This document shows positions 12,050 to 23,954 of a stretch of 64,000 nucleotides of DNA, in pieces. The notes below the pieces were generated by a model. That model was not told the DNA's origin. It ran no database searches and saw only the letters and a program-made list of their open reading frames with translations. The stretch is from positions 14,074,001-14,138,000 of the forward strand of contig OZ336899.1 in assembly GCA_965287045.1 (NCBI GenBank), given 5' to 3'. Both the position numbers and the translations under genes were made by a program. The stretch is from Carcharhinus amblyrhynchos (Eukaryota). Each line of letters starts with the position of its first letter. The stretch's first letter is position 1.

Positions 12050-13010
12050 GGTTCAACAACAACCTGCATTTATCTAGACCCTTAAGACAGTGAAACATCC
12101 CTTCATAGGGGTGTAATCAGACACAATTTGCTACCAAGCTACGTAAGGAGATTTTTGGTCACACGAAAGTCTGGTCAAATCGGAAAGTTTGAAAGGAGCA
12201 TCTTAAAATAGGAGCAAGAGGTGGAGATGTTCAGGGAGGGAATTTCAGAGCCAAACACGCCCCCCCCCCCTCCAACTTGACAGTTCGAATGCATTGATGG
12301 GTGAAGGAAATCAGGGAGGCCGGAATTGGAGTGGTGCAGAGATTTTTGTGAATTGTGGGGTTGGAAGTGATTACAAAAACAAGGAAGGCCAAGAGTACAG
12401 AGGGATTTGAACACAACTTTTAACTCAAGGTGTTGCTGAATTGGGAGCCAGTGTAGGCCAGTGGACACAGAGGTGATTGCTCAATGGGACTTGGCCCAAA
12501 CTCAGATATTGGCATCAGAATTTGGGAAAGTTTTAAAGTTTTAAAGTTTATTTATTAGTGGCACAAGTAGGCTTACATTAACACTGCAACGATGTTACTG
12601 TGGAAATTCCCTTGTCGCCACACTCCAGCGTCTGTTCCAGTACACTGAGAGAATTTAGCACGGACAGTGCATCTAACCAGCGCATATCTGGACTGTGGGA
12701 GGAAACCGCAGCATTTGGAGGAAAGCCATGCAGATACGGGGAGAACAAGCAGATCCATACAGACAGTGATCCAAGTTGGGAATTGAACCCAGGTCCCTGG
12801 TGTTATGAGGCAGCAGTGCTAACCACTGTCCCACCAAGCTGCCTGCTAAGGTTTACGGAAGTTGGAAGATGGGAGGCTGGCCAGGAAAACATTGGAATAG
12901 TCATGCAAGGAAGTCGTAAAACCACGGATGAAGCTGCAGACGGGTTGAGGAAAAGACAGAAACAGGCAACGTCACGATGGTGGAAGTAGACAATGTTGAT
13001 GATGGAGAGG
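12050..13010 (-). mobile_element. Degenerate L2-type LINE 3' region interrupted by a V-SINE
   Basis: LHWLP..Q..ELKV-like translation (ORF 12175-12468) and aaatgcaggttgttgttg tail; similar pieces at 19040-19370 and 54490-54900. Confidence 0.5.
12528..12836 (-). mobile_element. V-SINE, aaacttt-type tail
   Basis: Tail with (aaactttt/aaacttt)n repeats, V-domain, head. Confidence 0.85.
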
Positions 13011-13868
13011 AAGAAAATTGTTAAAAGCAGGACACCTTTAATAGATTTGTAAATTAAGTACGCGTACTGATACCAAATGATTAGCTGAGCTGGCTCCTTC
13101 CTTTAACTGATGGGGTAGTTAGAGATCTGGGTCAAAACTCTGATTTCCCCTTCCATAAGCCAGCAACACCAAAGATAACCGGTGACCTGAACATTGTTCC
13201 TACAGGGAGCACTGTGTTGCCCCATATTACAACAGTGACTATATTTCAAAAAATCTTAACTGATTGTGAAGCATGTTAGGATGTCCTCATAGTGTGAAAG
13301 ATACGATACAGACACACATCTATTTTTTCTTGAGTATTTTCTCCAAGCAATTGAGGCAAGTCACGTCAGCAGTGTGCCAAACCATAAATGAGTGGGGAGT
13401 GTCGATTGGACATTCAGCTTCTGATTGTTAACTCCCTAACAATGCAGTTGATTCAACTTGACTCTTGTGAACTGGGTGAAATATAGTTAACAAAGAACGA
13501 CCCTGCAGCTAGGAACTGACTGGAGACACATTCCAAGCTCTCAACCTTCCTCCCTTGTTCCATCTAACTTCCAAGTCCAGTGCTCCACATGCTCTTAGTT
13601 CTACCCTAGAAGTTGTGTGGAAATCAATCCTCATCATCATTTTATCTCCACCTCAAATCTTATTTTGTCCCTGGGTCTTAAATCTGTGGAGCTCACTTCT
13701 CTGTGTCTCCTCTGCCTCCTACAGTCAAAAGCCTGAGCTTGACCAATCACCTAATTATTGCCTCTTGAGTCATTCCTGTTTCCTCCCCTCCTTTGAATAT
13801 TTACTGACTTCTTGTGGACTTTCGTCTAGGTTCATTCATAATAACGGAAGGTTTCCCAAGCTACTGAC

Positions 13869-14056
13869 CGAAGCTGAGATAAGCTGGGTAAATGGTCCAC
13901 ATCTGCCAGGTAACTGGCCAACCAGGTCAAGGTGGTGTTCACACTGGGGATGTCCCCTCGCTCAGATAACGAAAATTCCATAGGGATGAAATTTTCCCGT
14001 TTGATCCTGTCTGGTGTGGCTTCAATGATCTGCTCAGCCAAGGACATCATATTAGC
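13869..14056 (-). CDS. CAMTA1: CAMTA exon (ANMMSLAEQIIEATPDRIKRENF...WLASYLADVDHLPSLSQLR)
   Basis: cctcag|GCT, CG|gtcagt; 188 nt, phase 0 to 2; conserved IIEATP.RIK and WLASYL motifs. Confidence 0.93.
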
Positions 14057-14360
14057 CTGAGGAAGCAAAAGCAATTTAATTATATTTTCCTTTGTCTTCC
14101 TAACACCATAGTATTAAAGTTTTAATGTTGGGCTTTGGAAGTTAAGATGAGCAAAGGGCATTGGCATCAGCAACTCAATTGTTGAAGAATCTTTCAGAAT
14201 GTTCTGGAAATCTGTCTTTCAAAAATACTGCTGATCAATGTTACATTTTATGATATCTGCATCACGTGACCTAATATCCACAATAGAGAAATAGGCCACA
14301 AGCAGATGCAGCTATATAAACACCACAGAATAGCACGTAACCTTTATAGCATGTAACCTT

Positions 14361-14856
14361 GGCGAGGCAATGGCATAGTGGTATTATTGCTAGATTATTA
14401 ACCCAGAAACTCAGCTAATGTTCTGGGACCCAGGTTCGAATCCCGCCATGGCAAATGATGGAATTTGAATTCAGTACAAAAAAAAACTGGAATTAAGAAT
14501 CTATGGCTGACCATGAAACCATTGGTCGATTGTCAGAAAAATCCATCTGGTTCACTAATGTCCTTTAGGGAAGGAAATCTGCCATCCTTACCTGGTCTGG
14601 CTTACATGTGACTCCAGAACCACAGCAATGTGGTTGACTCTCAACTACCCTCAGGCAACTAGGGATGAGCCATAAATGCTGGCCAGCCAGCGATATCCAT
14701 GTCCCACAAATTAATTTTTTAAAATGTGGTTGATTTTCAATTGCCCTCTGAAATGGCCTAGCAAGTCACTCAGTTCACCACCACCCTCTCATGGGCAACT
14801 AGGATGGATAAATACTGGGCAGCCAACAATGCCTGCGTCCCATGAATGAAAAAAAA
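14361..14856 (+). mobile_element. tRNA-derived SINE, third family, followed by a second tail
   Basis: A-box-like tggcatagtgg, B-box ggttcgaatccc; tail repeated at ~14725-14856. Confidence 0.8.
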
Positions 14857-15302
14857 CTCTCATTTCATTTTCTCCTGAGGGTGCTGATTCATGCTGTGAT
14901 ATGACTCCTTCAATTGAATGGCCATTCTTCATTTAAACCTAACAACAGGATTATCCACCAAATCTGATCCTGTCATCCACACGCACGCACACTTTCCAGT
15001 GTGTGTTGCTGGGCGGGAGTTAGGGGCAGGAGGGCTGGCTGCCCTTACTTCCCTTCTTGGGCTCAGCCACTGAAGCCAGTAATCCAACAATTGTTGGCCC
15101 AGCTGCAATCAGGCAGCCTGGTTCAGACCAGTGCTTGAAACGGGGGCCTCTCCTGGTTCCAGCCCACTTGGCTTGGATATGGGGTCCTGGTAAACACAGC
15201 AAGAGTCATCTTTTCTTGGGAGAAGACGTGGGCAAATATAATGAAAGAATAAATGGGATGATCCTGTGCGCAGCTGAAGGTTACTCATTCTGCGTCTCAT
15301 AC

Positions 15303-15841
15303 CTGCAAGTCATCCATATGTTGGAGACACTCCTCTTTCTCCTTGTACGAAAGTAATTCTGCATCCACCATGTCCCTCTCTGATAACATCAGAACACTGA
15401 TGTCCTGCTTCTGTTGTATCCTGTGAGCAATGGACCCAGCGCTGAGACCTGAGACCTTCCTTATCACCACAGGCTGCCCCGTCGTAGTCTGTGCTGCCAC
15501 ACTGACATAAATCTCCTTCTGGCTCCACTTTGGACTCGTCTGGTTCCCGACATTTCTGCATCCGGAGGCGAGGGGCAAAGGGAATTCTGAGGTATGTTGG
15601 GAAGATTCCCTGGGACTCTTCCTCTCCATTTTGGAATCAATTGCATCGGGGGGCGGTTGCTTGGGGCTGGAGCTCAGTTTGGCGGTGTTCTTCTGCTCCA
15701 GGTTTAGTGGCGGGGGAGATGATTTGTCTTGCCTGGAGTGGAAGTGTTCTGTGTTTAGTTTGTGTTTCTTAGAAGCTGGGAGATCCCTCTGGCTGTCATT
15801 CCCATGGCACTGCAGGGATTCCGATCTCGGCCGTCTGAGAT
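15303..15841 (-). CDS. CAMTA1: CAMTA linker exon (DLRRPRSES...KKHKLN...CLQHMDDLQ)
   Basis: tgtattag|AT, CAG|gtatga; 539 nt, phase 1 to 0; LRRPRSE, KKHKLN and MDD.Q anchors shared with CAMTA1. Confidence 0.9.
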
Positions 15842-15966
15842 CTAATACAATAAAGAAGGCCCTGTGTTTATTTACCTCATAACATATCCTCCAGAGACAT
15901 CTCAGAAACGTGTCACATAGAATTATAGAATCATACAGCACAGACAAAAGCCACTCAGTCCATCAT

Positions 15967-16277
15967 GGGGCGGTACAGTGGCCAGTGGTTAGCACTGCTA
16001 CCTCACAGCGCCAGGGACCCAGATTTGATTCCAGGCTTGGGTCACTATCTGTGTGGGGCCTGCACGTTCTCCCCGTCTCTGTGTGGGTTTCCTCCAGGTA
16101 CTCTGGTTTCCTCCCACAGTCTGAAAAACAAGCTGGTTAGGTGCTTTGGCCATGCTAAATTTTCCCTCAGTGTACCCAAACAGGTATCAGAGTGTGGCAA
16201 AGAGGGGGTTTTCACAGTAACTTCATTGCAGTATTAATGTAAACCTACTTGTGGCAGTAATAAATAAACTTTACTTT
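15967..16277 (+). mobile_element. V-SINE, aaacttt-type tail
   Basis: Full-length copy ending taaataaactttacttt. Confidence 0.85.
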
Positions 16278-16959
16278 GAAAGAGCTAGCCAACTAGTTCT
16301 AGCTGCCTTCTCCTTCTTCATCTGCCAGCAATGTTTTCCCTTTATGTATTTATTCAACTCTTTTTTTAGAAGCTAGGATTGAATCTGCTTCCACCATCCT
16401 TTCATGAAGTGTATTTCAGGAGAAATAGTTTAAGAGCATTCCTGTTGCTATGGCTACATTCTGTACAGAATGCAGAATTATGAATTGAGGGAAAAGCAGA
16501 CCACAAAGGGAGAGGATGTTAATTATAACTGACACTGAACTCTTGACAATTGGACCCATAGGTCCACAAGAAGTGGAGGGGGTCATTCAGTTCCTCAAGC
16601 CCATTCTGACATTAAAGACATTCTGGCTGATCTGAACCCAAAGCAGCTCCATGTGTGGCTTTCAATGGTGGCTGCCTCACACGTGCCTCTAATAAATGTG
16701 TGTTAACCAAATCCTAGCAACCCAGAGGTCAAATCCCACCATTAGAGTGCTTCATCAGATTGGGATTAGTTGCTAGAATGCAGATTAAAGACTCTGACTG
16801 CCTTCCATGCCTTCATCCAGGTGACCTTCTATCATGTACCTCATCAGCCTACTAAGCAGGAATAAGATATTCGCTGGAGGGTGTCCACTGATGTTCATAC
16901 AAGTGCTTTCCCAAATTGAGATTCGGTTAGCCACAGAACAAGGACTGACTCTGGTATCT

Positions 16960-17304
16960 TAGAGTCTTTACATGCAGAAGGAGGCCATTCATCCCATTGA
17001 GTCTGCACCAACTCTCTGACTGAGTATCTTATCCAAGCCCTCTACCCTGTTCTATCCTTGTAACCCCACACCTTTACCATGGCTAATTCATCTAAACTAC
17101 ACATCTTGGACCACTAGAGGCAATTTAGCATGGTCAATCCAGCAAATGTGCACATCTTTAGACTGTGAAAGGAAACCAGAGGAAACCACACAGACATGGG
17201 GAGAATGTGTAAAATCTATACAGGCAGTCACCCAAGGTTCGAATAGAACCTGGGTCTCTGGCGCTGTGAAGCAGCATGCTAACCACTCTGCCACCGTGCT
17301 GCCC
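16960..17304 (-). mobile_element. HE1-like V-SINE with CR1-like tail
   Basis: Head gggcagcacggtggcagagtggttagc, V-domain, tail. Confidence 0.8.
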
Positions 17305-18102
17305 ATTGTCCTCATCTGTATGCCATTTGACCGAGTTGGGCAGATTGGGGAACATTCTCCATGCTCTGGGGGTGGGTCACATAGAGATCTGGTGTAGATC
17401 CAAAGAAAACAGCGGAGGTGTAGAAACTTGTCACGGGGCAGGCAGAAAGAGAGCGACAGACCAACTGCTCCCTCAGAAGCAGGAGGGTGATAACCCAGGA
17501 ACTGCAGAGAAAACAGAAGAGTTCATTTTGTCACCACAAAAGGTTTCAACCTGGCTCAGCCTTGGGAAACAGACCTCTGCTTTCTGGGGCAGTTGTAAAG
17601 ATTCGAAGCGAAGAAATTTTCAAGTTGATCCTAATGTACATGGCACAACAGAAAAATCTGTATATCATATTACTCAGAAAGATCACAGGATGGTTAATGT
17701 TGGGAATAAAAACAATATATTGAGAGGCAGAAAGCACTCATGGAGGCCCACTGCTAAGGCAGAATAGAGGGAACTTTATTCTGATTCTTACCTGTGCTAT
17801 AATCAGCCTAGTGTATTTGATGGGCAGTGGAGAGGAAACTTATCTAATGCATGCTTTACCTTTGCTGGATGTGTTTCATGGGATATGATGAATGGAGATT
17901 TGCTTTGTGTCTGATCTGGGTTCATTACACCTGGGGAGTTTTGCTGCTAACACAGGGTTCTCAAAATAGAATTGTTCCATTCCCTGGCACGACATCCAGA
18001 CTTTAGCTCATATAAAATTCACCGGAATAAAAAAAAGACAGAGGTCCATGAATACACAAAGTAGTGATTGCTAAATACACTGTCGAAATGAATAAAGTGC
18101 AC

Positions 18103-18421
18103 CTGTGGGAGGAGATGTGCTGATGTTCTTCTGGGGCTCCTGACTGCTGTTACTGCTGCTGTTCCATTGTCCAATCCAGCCATCACTCCCTGACTTTGCA
18201 ATGGGAGAGCAAACCATTCCAGGCGTTTGAGGAAGACCAGGGAGCTGTGACTCATCTTCTCTCTGTAGTTCTTCCAGATACTCTGCCAACTTCACGTGCC
18301 CTCTTGAGCGGGCAATTGTCAGGGGCAAACGACCCAGTGAATCAGGGATGGAGAGAGCTCGGTGGTCCCACTTATATAGAACAACAGCTGCTTCAGTGTG
18401 CCCCAATGCACAAGCCCACAT
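18103..18421 (-). CDS. CAMTA1: CAMTA ankyrin-repeat exon (MWACALGHTEAAVVLYKWDHRALSIPDSLGRLPLTIARSRGHVKLAEYLEELQ...)
   Basis: caccag|ATG, G|gtgcac (weak donor but correct phase); 319 nt, phase 0 to 1. Confidence 0.93.
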
Positions 18422-19379
18422 CTGGTGAAAAGTAGAGGGACAATTATTTTATTATTTCACATCCTTCCCAACAGAGTGGACAAGTAAAAAATTAGCATTG
18501 GCTCTCAGTTGCAACTGCACTTTCTCCAGTGTTGGCAAGTTGATGCGATCCTTGCCAAAGGACAAAAACATGATATAAATGCTAATTTCTCCTTTTTTTA
18601 ATGATCACTAACCCAACACAATGTGGAGACATTATCTGGAATTTTAGTGCCTTGCCCATGCGGGGCGTGTAAAATCCTGCCCGAGGCCAAGGGAGAATGC
18701 TGTTCCGCAAGCCTCAATCACCTCGATTCTGGGTGGGCAAGATGGTCAAGTTCCGGCCATTAGCTGCTTTTAAATAACGGGACAAATATTCCCATTCCAT
18801 TTGCCAAGGAAATGGAAGCTGGCAAGGGACAGACCTTAGAGTGGTCCATTGATCTTGGGCATCCAGTATATGACTTTTATTGTAACTTCCATCTCCTTAA
18901 TCACAGTGAACTATACACATGGATCTGGCAATTCGCCCCAAAGTCAGCAACTGTGAAGACCATTTCTAGCTTCACTTGATAACTTCACACCAAGCAGCAA
19001 CAAAAATCCTGCCTGCTGTTCTAGGAGCTGGAGCTCCGACATCAAGAGAACAATGACAATTTCCATTTATAGGTGGCTGTTAACATGGTAAAACCATCTC
19101 AAGCTGCTTCATAAGATGCAGTTGGATAAGATTTGACACGAAATCATACAAGGAGATATTAGGACAGATGCTTGGTCAAAAAGATTTGAAGGAGAGTCAT
19201 AAAGAAGGAGATGGAGAGGCAAAGGTTTGGGGAGGGAATTGCGGGCTTTGGGACGAAGACGAGTGAAGACATGGTTGCCAATGGTGAGTGTGAAAGAAAT
19301 CAAGTACAAGGAAGAGACCAGACCTGGAGAAGTCGTGAGATCTCAAAGGCTGTCAGGAATTTAATGTTGGCAAGTGTTG

Positions 19380-20193
19380 GCAAGAGTGAGGTGGTCTACT
19401 TTGGTAGGAATAATGGTAGGAAGGACTATTACTTACGTGGCGAAAAACTGCAGCAGGCGACAGTGCAGAGGGACCTCGGGGTCCTTGTGCATGAGTCGCA
19501 AAAACCCAGCTTGCAGGTGCAGCAGGTGGTCAGGAAGGCGAATGGGATGCTGGCCTTCATAGCGAGGGGGATTGAATATAAAAGTAGGGAGGTCTTGCTG
19601 CAGCTGTATAGGGCATTGGTGAGGCCGCAGCTGGAGTACTGTGTGCAGTTTTGGTCACTGCGCTTACACAAGGATATTTTGGCCTTGGAGGGAGTGCAGA
19701 GGAGGTTTACTAGGCTGATACTGGAGTTGAGGGGGTTGAGCTATGAGGAGAGGCTGAATAAACTAGGCTTGTACTCGTTAGAGTTTAGAAGAATGAGGGG
19801 AGATCTCATTGAGACATATAAGATGATGAATGGGATGGATAGGATAGAGGTGGAGAGACTCTTCCTGCTCAGAAAGGACAGTAGGACTAGGGGGCACAGC
19901 CTCAAGATAAAGGGGGGGCGGTTTAGAATGGAGTTGAGGAGGAACTTCTTCACTCAAAGGGTGGTGAATCTCTGGAATTCTCTGCCCGTTGAAGTGGTGG
20001 AGGCTGCCTCGATAAATATTTTTAAGACGCGGGTTGATGGTTTTTGATAAGAGAGGGGATTAAGGGTTATGGGGAGAGGGCGGGAAAGTGGAACTGAGCC
20101 ACGACAGATCAGCCATGATCTTATTGAATGGCGGGGCAGGCTCGAAGGGCTAGATGGCCTACTCCTGCTCCTATTTCTTATGTTCTTATGTTC
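19380..20193 (+). mobile_element. Young CR1 LINE, 5'-truncated, inserted into an older L2-like fragment
   Basis: ORF KSEVVYFG...QRDLGVLV...RPQLEYCVQFW...NSLP; (tatgttct)n tail; 1-bp loss near the end truncates the ORF. Confidence 0.92.
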
Positions 20194-20426
20194 ATGCAAG
20201 AGGTTACAGAAAAAGGGAGGGGAGAGAACATGGAGGGATTTGAACACAGGGATGAGAATTTTAAGTTTGATTGTTGCTGGGCCGGAAACCCAGTGTTGGT
20301 CAGCAACAGTATGAATTCAATTGTAATCTTTTTTAAATAACTTTTCAAGATGTCAATCATCACAGCCTGTTCTGTACAGATTGATCAGCCACAGAGAACC
20401 TATAAAACACTCTCCCATATACTTTC

Positions 20427-20637
20427 CAGTATGAAGTCTCACAACTTGATTGAAATCCAATAGGTTTATTTGGAATCACGAGCTTTCGGAGCGCTGCACC
20501 TCCATCAGCTGAGTCCTGATGAAGGAGCAGTGCTCTGAAAGCTCGTGATTCCAAACAAACCTATTGGACTTTAACCTGGTGTGGTGAGACTTCTTGCTGT
20601 GCCCACTCCAGTCGAATGCCAGCATCTCTACATCATG
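20427..20637. mobile_element. Palindromic Penelope-like remnant (family A) with hammerhead-like core
   Basis: Inverted arms 20432-20510 / 20515-20597; CTGATGA-aggagcagtgctct-GAAA-gcTC at 20516-20544. Confidence 0.75.
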
Positions 20638-20672
20638 ACATACTTTTTAAACAGAGGGGACATTTTACTTAC

Positions 20673-20751
20673 CAGGGGTGTGCAGGAAAAATGATCAACA
20701 TTCAATGGATCCACCTCCAGTTCCAGATCAATACTATCTGCATGTTTTGCA
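20673..20751 (-). CDS. CAMTA1: CAMTA ankyrin exon (AKHADSIDLELEVDPLNVDHFSCTPL)
   Basis: Not in the ORF track; cttttacag|T GCA, CTG|gtaagt; 79 nt, phase 2 to 0. Confidence 0.95.
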
Positions 20752-20885
20752 CTGTAAAAGAACAGACATAAGTTGTTAATGGAGCACTTTCCTTCGCGAG
20801 CCAGCATACTGGCAATTTATCGGTGAGGGTTTGTGAAGGATTCACTCTAAAATATTCTTCCAGGACCTCTTACGCAGTGAGGGAC

Positions 20886-20975
20886 ACAGTAAGAAGTCTC
20901 ACAACACCAGGTTAAAGTCCAACAAGTTTATCTGGTATCATGAGCTTTTGGAGTGTTGGTCCTTTATCAGGTGAA
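20886..20975 (-). mobile_element. Single arm of the Penelope-like family A remnant
   Basis: cagtaagaagtctcacaacaccaggttaaagtccaac...tcaggtga. Confidence 0.75.
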
Positions 20976-21794
20976 TGGCAGTGAGGGACGTGAGATAAAT
21001 CTGTTATCAGATGGGCTACCCTACTTTCTTACCCCTAATCTCCCATCTCTCTCTCACTGTCACATTCTCCCTTTGACTCTCACTTCAATGTGATTATTGT
21101 TTCTCTGAGCTTTGCTTTATTTCCCACACACACCCTCTTCCTCTTCCCGCCATTCTCACTGTCCTTAAATCGGCCCTCTTCATTTTTTCCCATGAGCTCA
21201 AAAGGATGGAACTCCTCACCTCATTAGTCAGCTTTTCACTCACAAGCATCAGGGATTTTCAAACCTGGTGTAACTTTTGGTATATCATTAGCTTGCCAGC
21301 TTGGCTTTACACAGCCTTAGTAGATCAACCATCGAGTGAAGAAACATCCCACTTCACATTGCACTGAAAACCCTTGGTTTCCTTTCCTCAGAATTAAATA
21401 AATATAGAAATTAATATGCCAGAACTTGTTCTAATCAATCTTCCCAATGTAATTATTTCTACCTTCGTTGTACACAGACACCTGAGTACAGTAACAATCA
21501 TAGAATCCCGAAGGAAGCCATTCGGCCCATTGCGCCTGCACTGACAACAGTCCCACCTAGGCCCTATCCCCGTAACCCCACGTGTTTACCCCGCTCTGCA
21601 AGTTCAATCCCACTGGACAAAGTTCTTGACCTCAGTTGCACAGCCGGGATGCTGGGGATATAACCAGGCAAATCTGCAACTCCTGCAACTGTATTCCAAC
21701 AACGTTCCTGTCCAGAAAATTACTCCCTATTATATCTTCAAGCCAAACTCCCAATCGGAGTAGCTGTCCAAGAAAACAACAAAATAAAATGAAG

Positions 21795-22088
21795 TGGCAC
21801 GCTGTTACAGTGGTTAGCATTGCTGCTTCACAGCACTAAGGACCTGGTTCAATTCTAACCTCGGGTCACTGTGGAGTTTGCACATTCTCCGCATGTCTGT
21901 GCGGGGTTTCCTCTGGGTGCTCCAGTTTCCTCCCACAGCCCAAAGTTGTGCACCTAAGTTGGCCTTAGTGTAAGGGCAATTAATAGGATAAATATGTGGG
22001 CTTACAGGGATGGGACCTGGGTGGGATTGTAGTTGGTGCCGGCCCAATGGGCTGAATGGCCTTCTTCTGCACAGTAGGGATTCTATGA
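21795..22088 (+). mobile_element. HE1-like V-SINE with CR1-like tail
   Basis: Head, V-domain and gggattctatga tail. Confidence 0.8.
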
Positions 22089-22222
22089 TCAATGAAAACA
22101 AAACAGTAATGATACAGCAACAGACCACACCTCATCCATTTGGTTTTAATCACTGTTACCCTTGTTGACTGTGGAAGCACATGTACCCCTCACCTCATCC
22201 TTGGAGCCTGCTTGTTGCTTAC

Positions 22223-22413
22223 CGCCATTTGATGAGTGTCTGGATTAGTGTGGCGTAGCCCTGGGCAGCTGCCAGATGCAGGAGGGTCATTCCTCGGAAG
22301 GTCTTGGAGTGGATGAGGTGTTTCGATTTGACCCAGCAGGCACGGCTCATCATCTTCTCACACACCAGCACCACGCGGTTCTCGAAGGAGCAGCTGGCCA
22401 CCCTGGATGCACA
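22223..22413 (-). CDS. CAMTA1: CAMTA ankyrin exon (CASRVASCSFENRVVLVCEKMMSRACW...GMTLLHLAAAQGYATLIQTLIKWR)
   Basis: gtgcag|TGT, CG|gtaagc; 191 nt, phase 0 to 2; almost identical to CAMTA1. Confidence 0.93.
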
Positions 22414-22826
22414 CTGCACATTGGGGTGAAGAACACACACTGAGATCAGTCCTGTCATGTAACACTATGTTCAGCTCAGAGGGACAATAACAACTATAGC
22501 AATCATACAACATTGTTGGTGGGACTGGAAGATCCCATCAGCAGGAATGGCTGGAAAAGTCAGGCCATTGTTTAAATGAAACATTAAAAGGACGCCCAGT
22601 CCCCGAATGTAAAAGATCCCATGAAGCTATCAAGAAGAACAGTAGAGGTGCTCTCAATGTATCATGACCATCATTTATCCTCAACTTACAGCTAAAAACA
22701 GATTACCTGTTCATTATTGCACTGCTAGGTGAGGGAGCTTGCTGTGCACAAATTGGTTTCCACATTTACTACACTGCAACTCTGTTTCAAAAGTACTTAA
22801 TTGGCTATAAAGCCAACAGCCAATTT

Positions 22827-23134
22827 AGGGACAGCACGGTGGCACAGTGGTTAGCACTGCTGCCTGACAGCGCTAGGGACCCAGGTTAAATTCACTGACT
22901 GTGTGGAGTTTGCACTTTCTCCCCATGTTTGTGTGGGTTTCCTCCAGGTGCTACGGTTCCCTCCCATAGTCTAAAGATGTACGAGTTAGGTTGATTGGCC
23001 ATGATAAATTGACTCTAGTATCGGGGGATAAGCAGGGTAAATGAGGGTTACAGGAATAGGGCGTGGGTGGGATTGCGGTTGGTGCAGATTCAATGGGCTG
23101 AATGGCCTCTTTTTGTACTGTAGGGATTCCATGA
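22827..23134 (+). mobile_element. HE1-like V-SINE with CR1-like tail
   Basis: gggacagcacggtggcacagtggttagc head; V-domain; tail. Confidence 0.85.
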
Positions 23135-23382
23135 TCTCACTCTGAGATAGCTAAAGTTGTGAAAGGCACTATATAAATAGAAGTTATTTCATTTTTCTGT
23201 AAGTCTCAAATCGTATCCCCTTTCCTATTACGTGTACTATCTGACATGTACTCTCTTAGTCACCTCCACTCATTTCATGCTCATTGTGTGTGCAAATCAA
23301 ATATTTAGACAGCCATGACAGGCGATCACCCAAACATGAGTCCGTTGCCTTTGGATCCCAAAGATCTCACGGTGTGCCGTAC

Positions 23383-23516
23383 CTGCGCCTGGCTGTTGCC
23401 ACCCCCTCCTCCGTTACCCCCTCCAGTCTGCTGGTGGTGCTGGTGAGATCCCATCTCCGACATCCGCCTTTCCATTTGTTCCAGGCGCTCCAAGATGGAC
23501 ATCCTGAACTGGTTGT
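23383..23516 (-). CDS. CAMTA1: CAMTA post-TIG exon (DNQFRMSILERLEQMERRMSEM...GGGNSQAQ)
   Basis: ttttccag|AC, CAG|gtacgg; 134 nt, phase 1 to 0. Confidence 0.95.
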
Positions 23517-23635
23517 CTGGAAAAGAACAAGAACAAGCTTGGGTCAGCACATCAAAAACCAAATCACAGTGGTTCAGTAGAACCACCCCTGGAGAAATCA
23601 AAGCCTCTACTTTGTTAGTGAGTAACATAAAAGCT

Positions 23636-23770
23636 GGATAAAAGCAAATTACTGCGGATGCTGGAATTTGAAACTATAAGAGAAAATGCTGGAAAATCTC
23701 AGCAGGCCTGGCAGCATCTGTAAGGAGAAAAATGAGCTGATGTTTCGAGTCCAAATGATCCTCTGTCAAA
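23636..23770 (-). mobile_element. Penelope-like family B single arm
   Basis: Homologous to the 44705-44915 palindrome (cagatgctgccaggcctgctgagattttccagc). Confidence 0.6.
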
Positions 23771-23954
23771 ACACTGGATTGCCTTTGCGGGGAGGTGGGG
23801 TATGGTGTCCAGGTTGTTATGTTACTGTGTCGGTCAGCTAGAAGCTCAGATGTGAATTAAACCCTGCCAATTAAGTCTGAATTTGAATTCAGTTAATTGA
23901 ATTAATCTGGAATTGAAAAAGCTAGCACTGACCATGAAGCTGTCACATTGGTTA

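Noticed and set aside
14361-14450. tRNA genes at SINE heads
   Set aside because: A/B-box-like motifs continue into SINE bodies and lack a full cloverleaf
19211-20047. 278-aa ORF as a host gene or functional retrotransposase
   Set aside because: Chimeric read-through from an old L2-like fragment into a 5'-truncated CR1 that lacks the endonuclease and RT core
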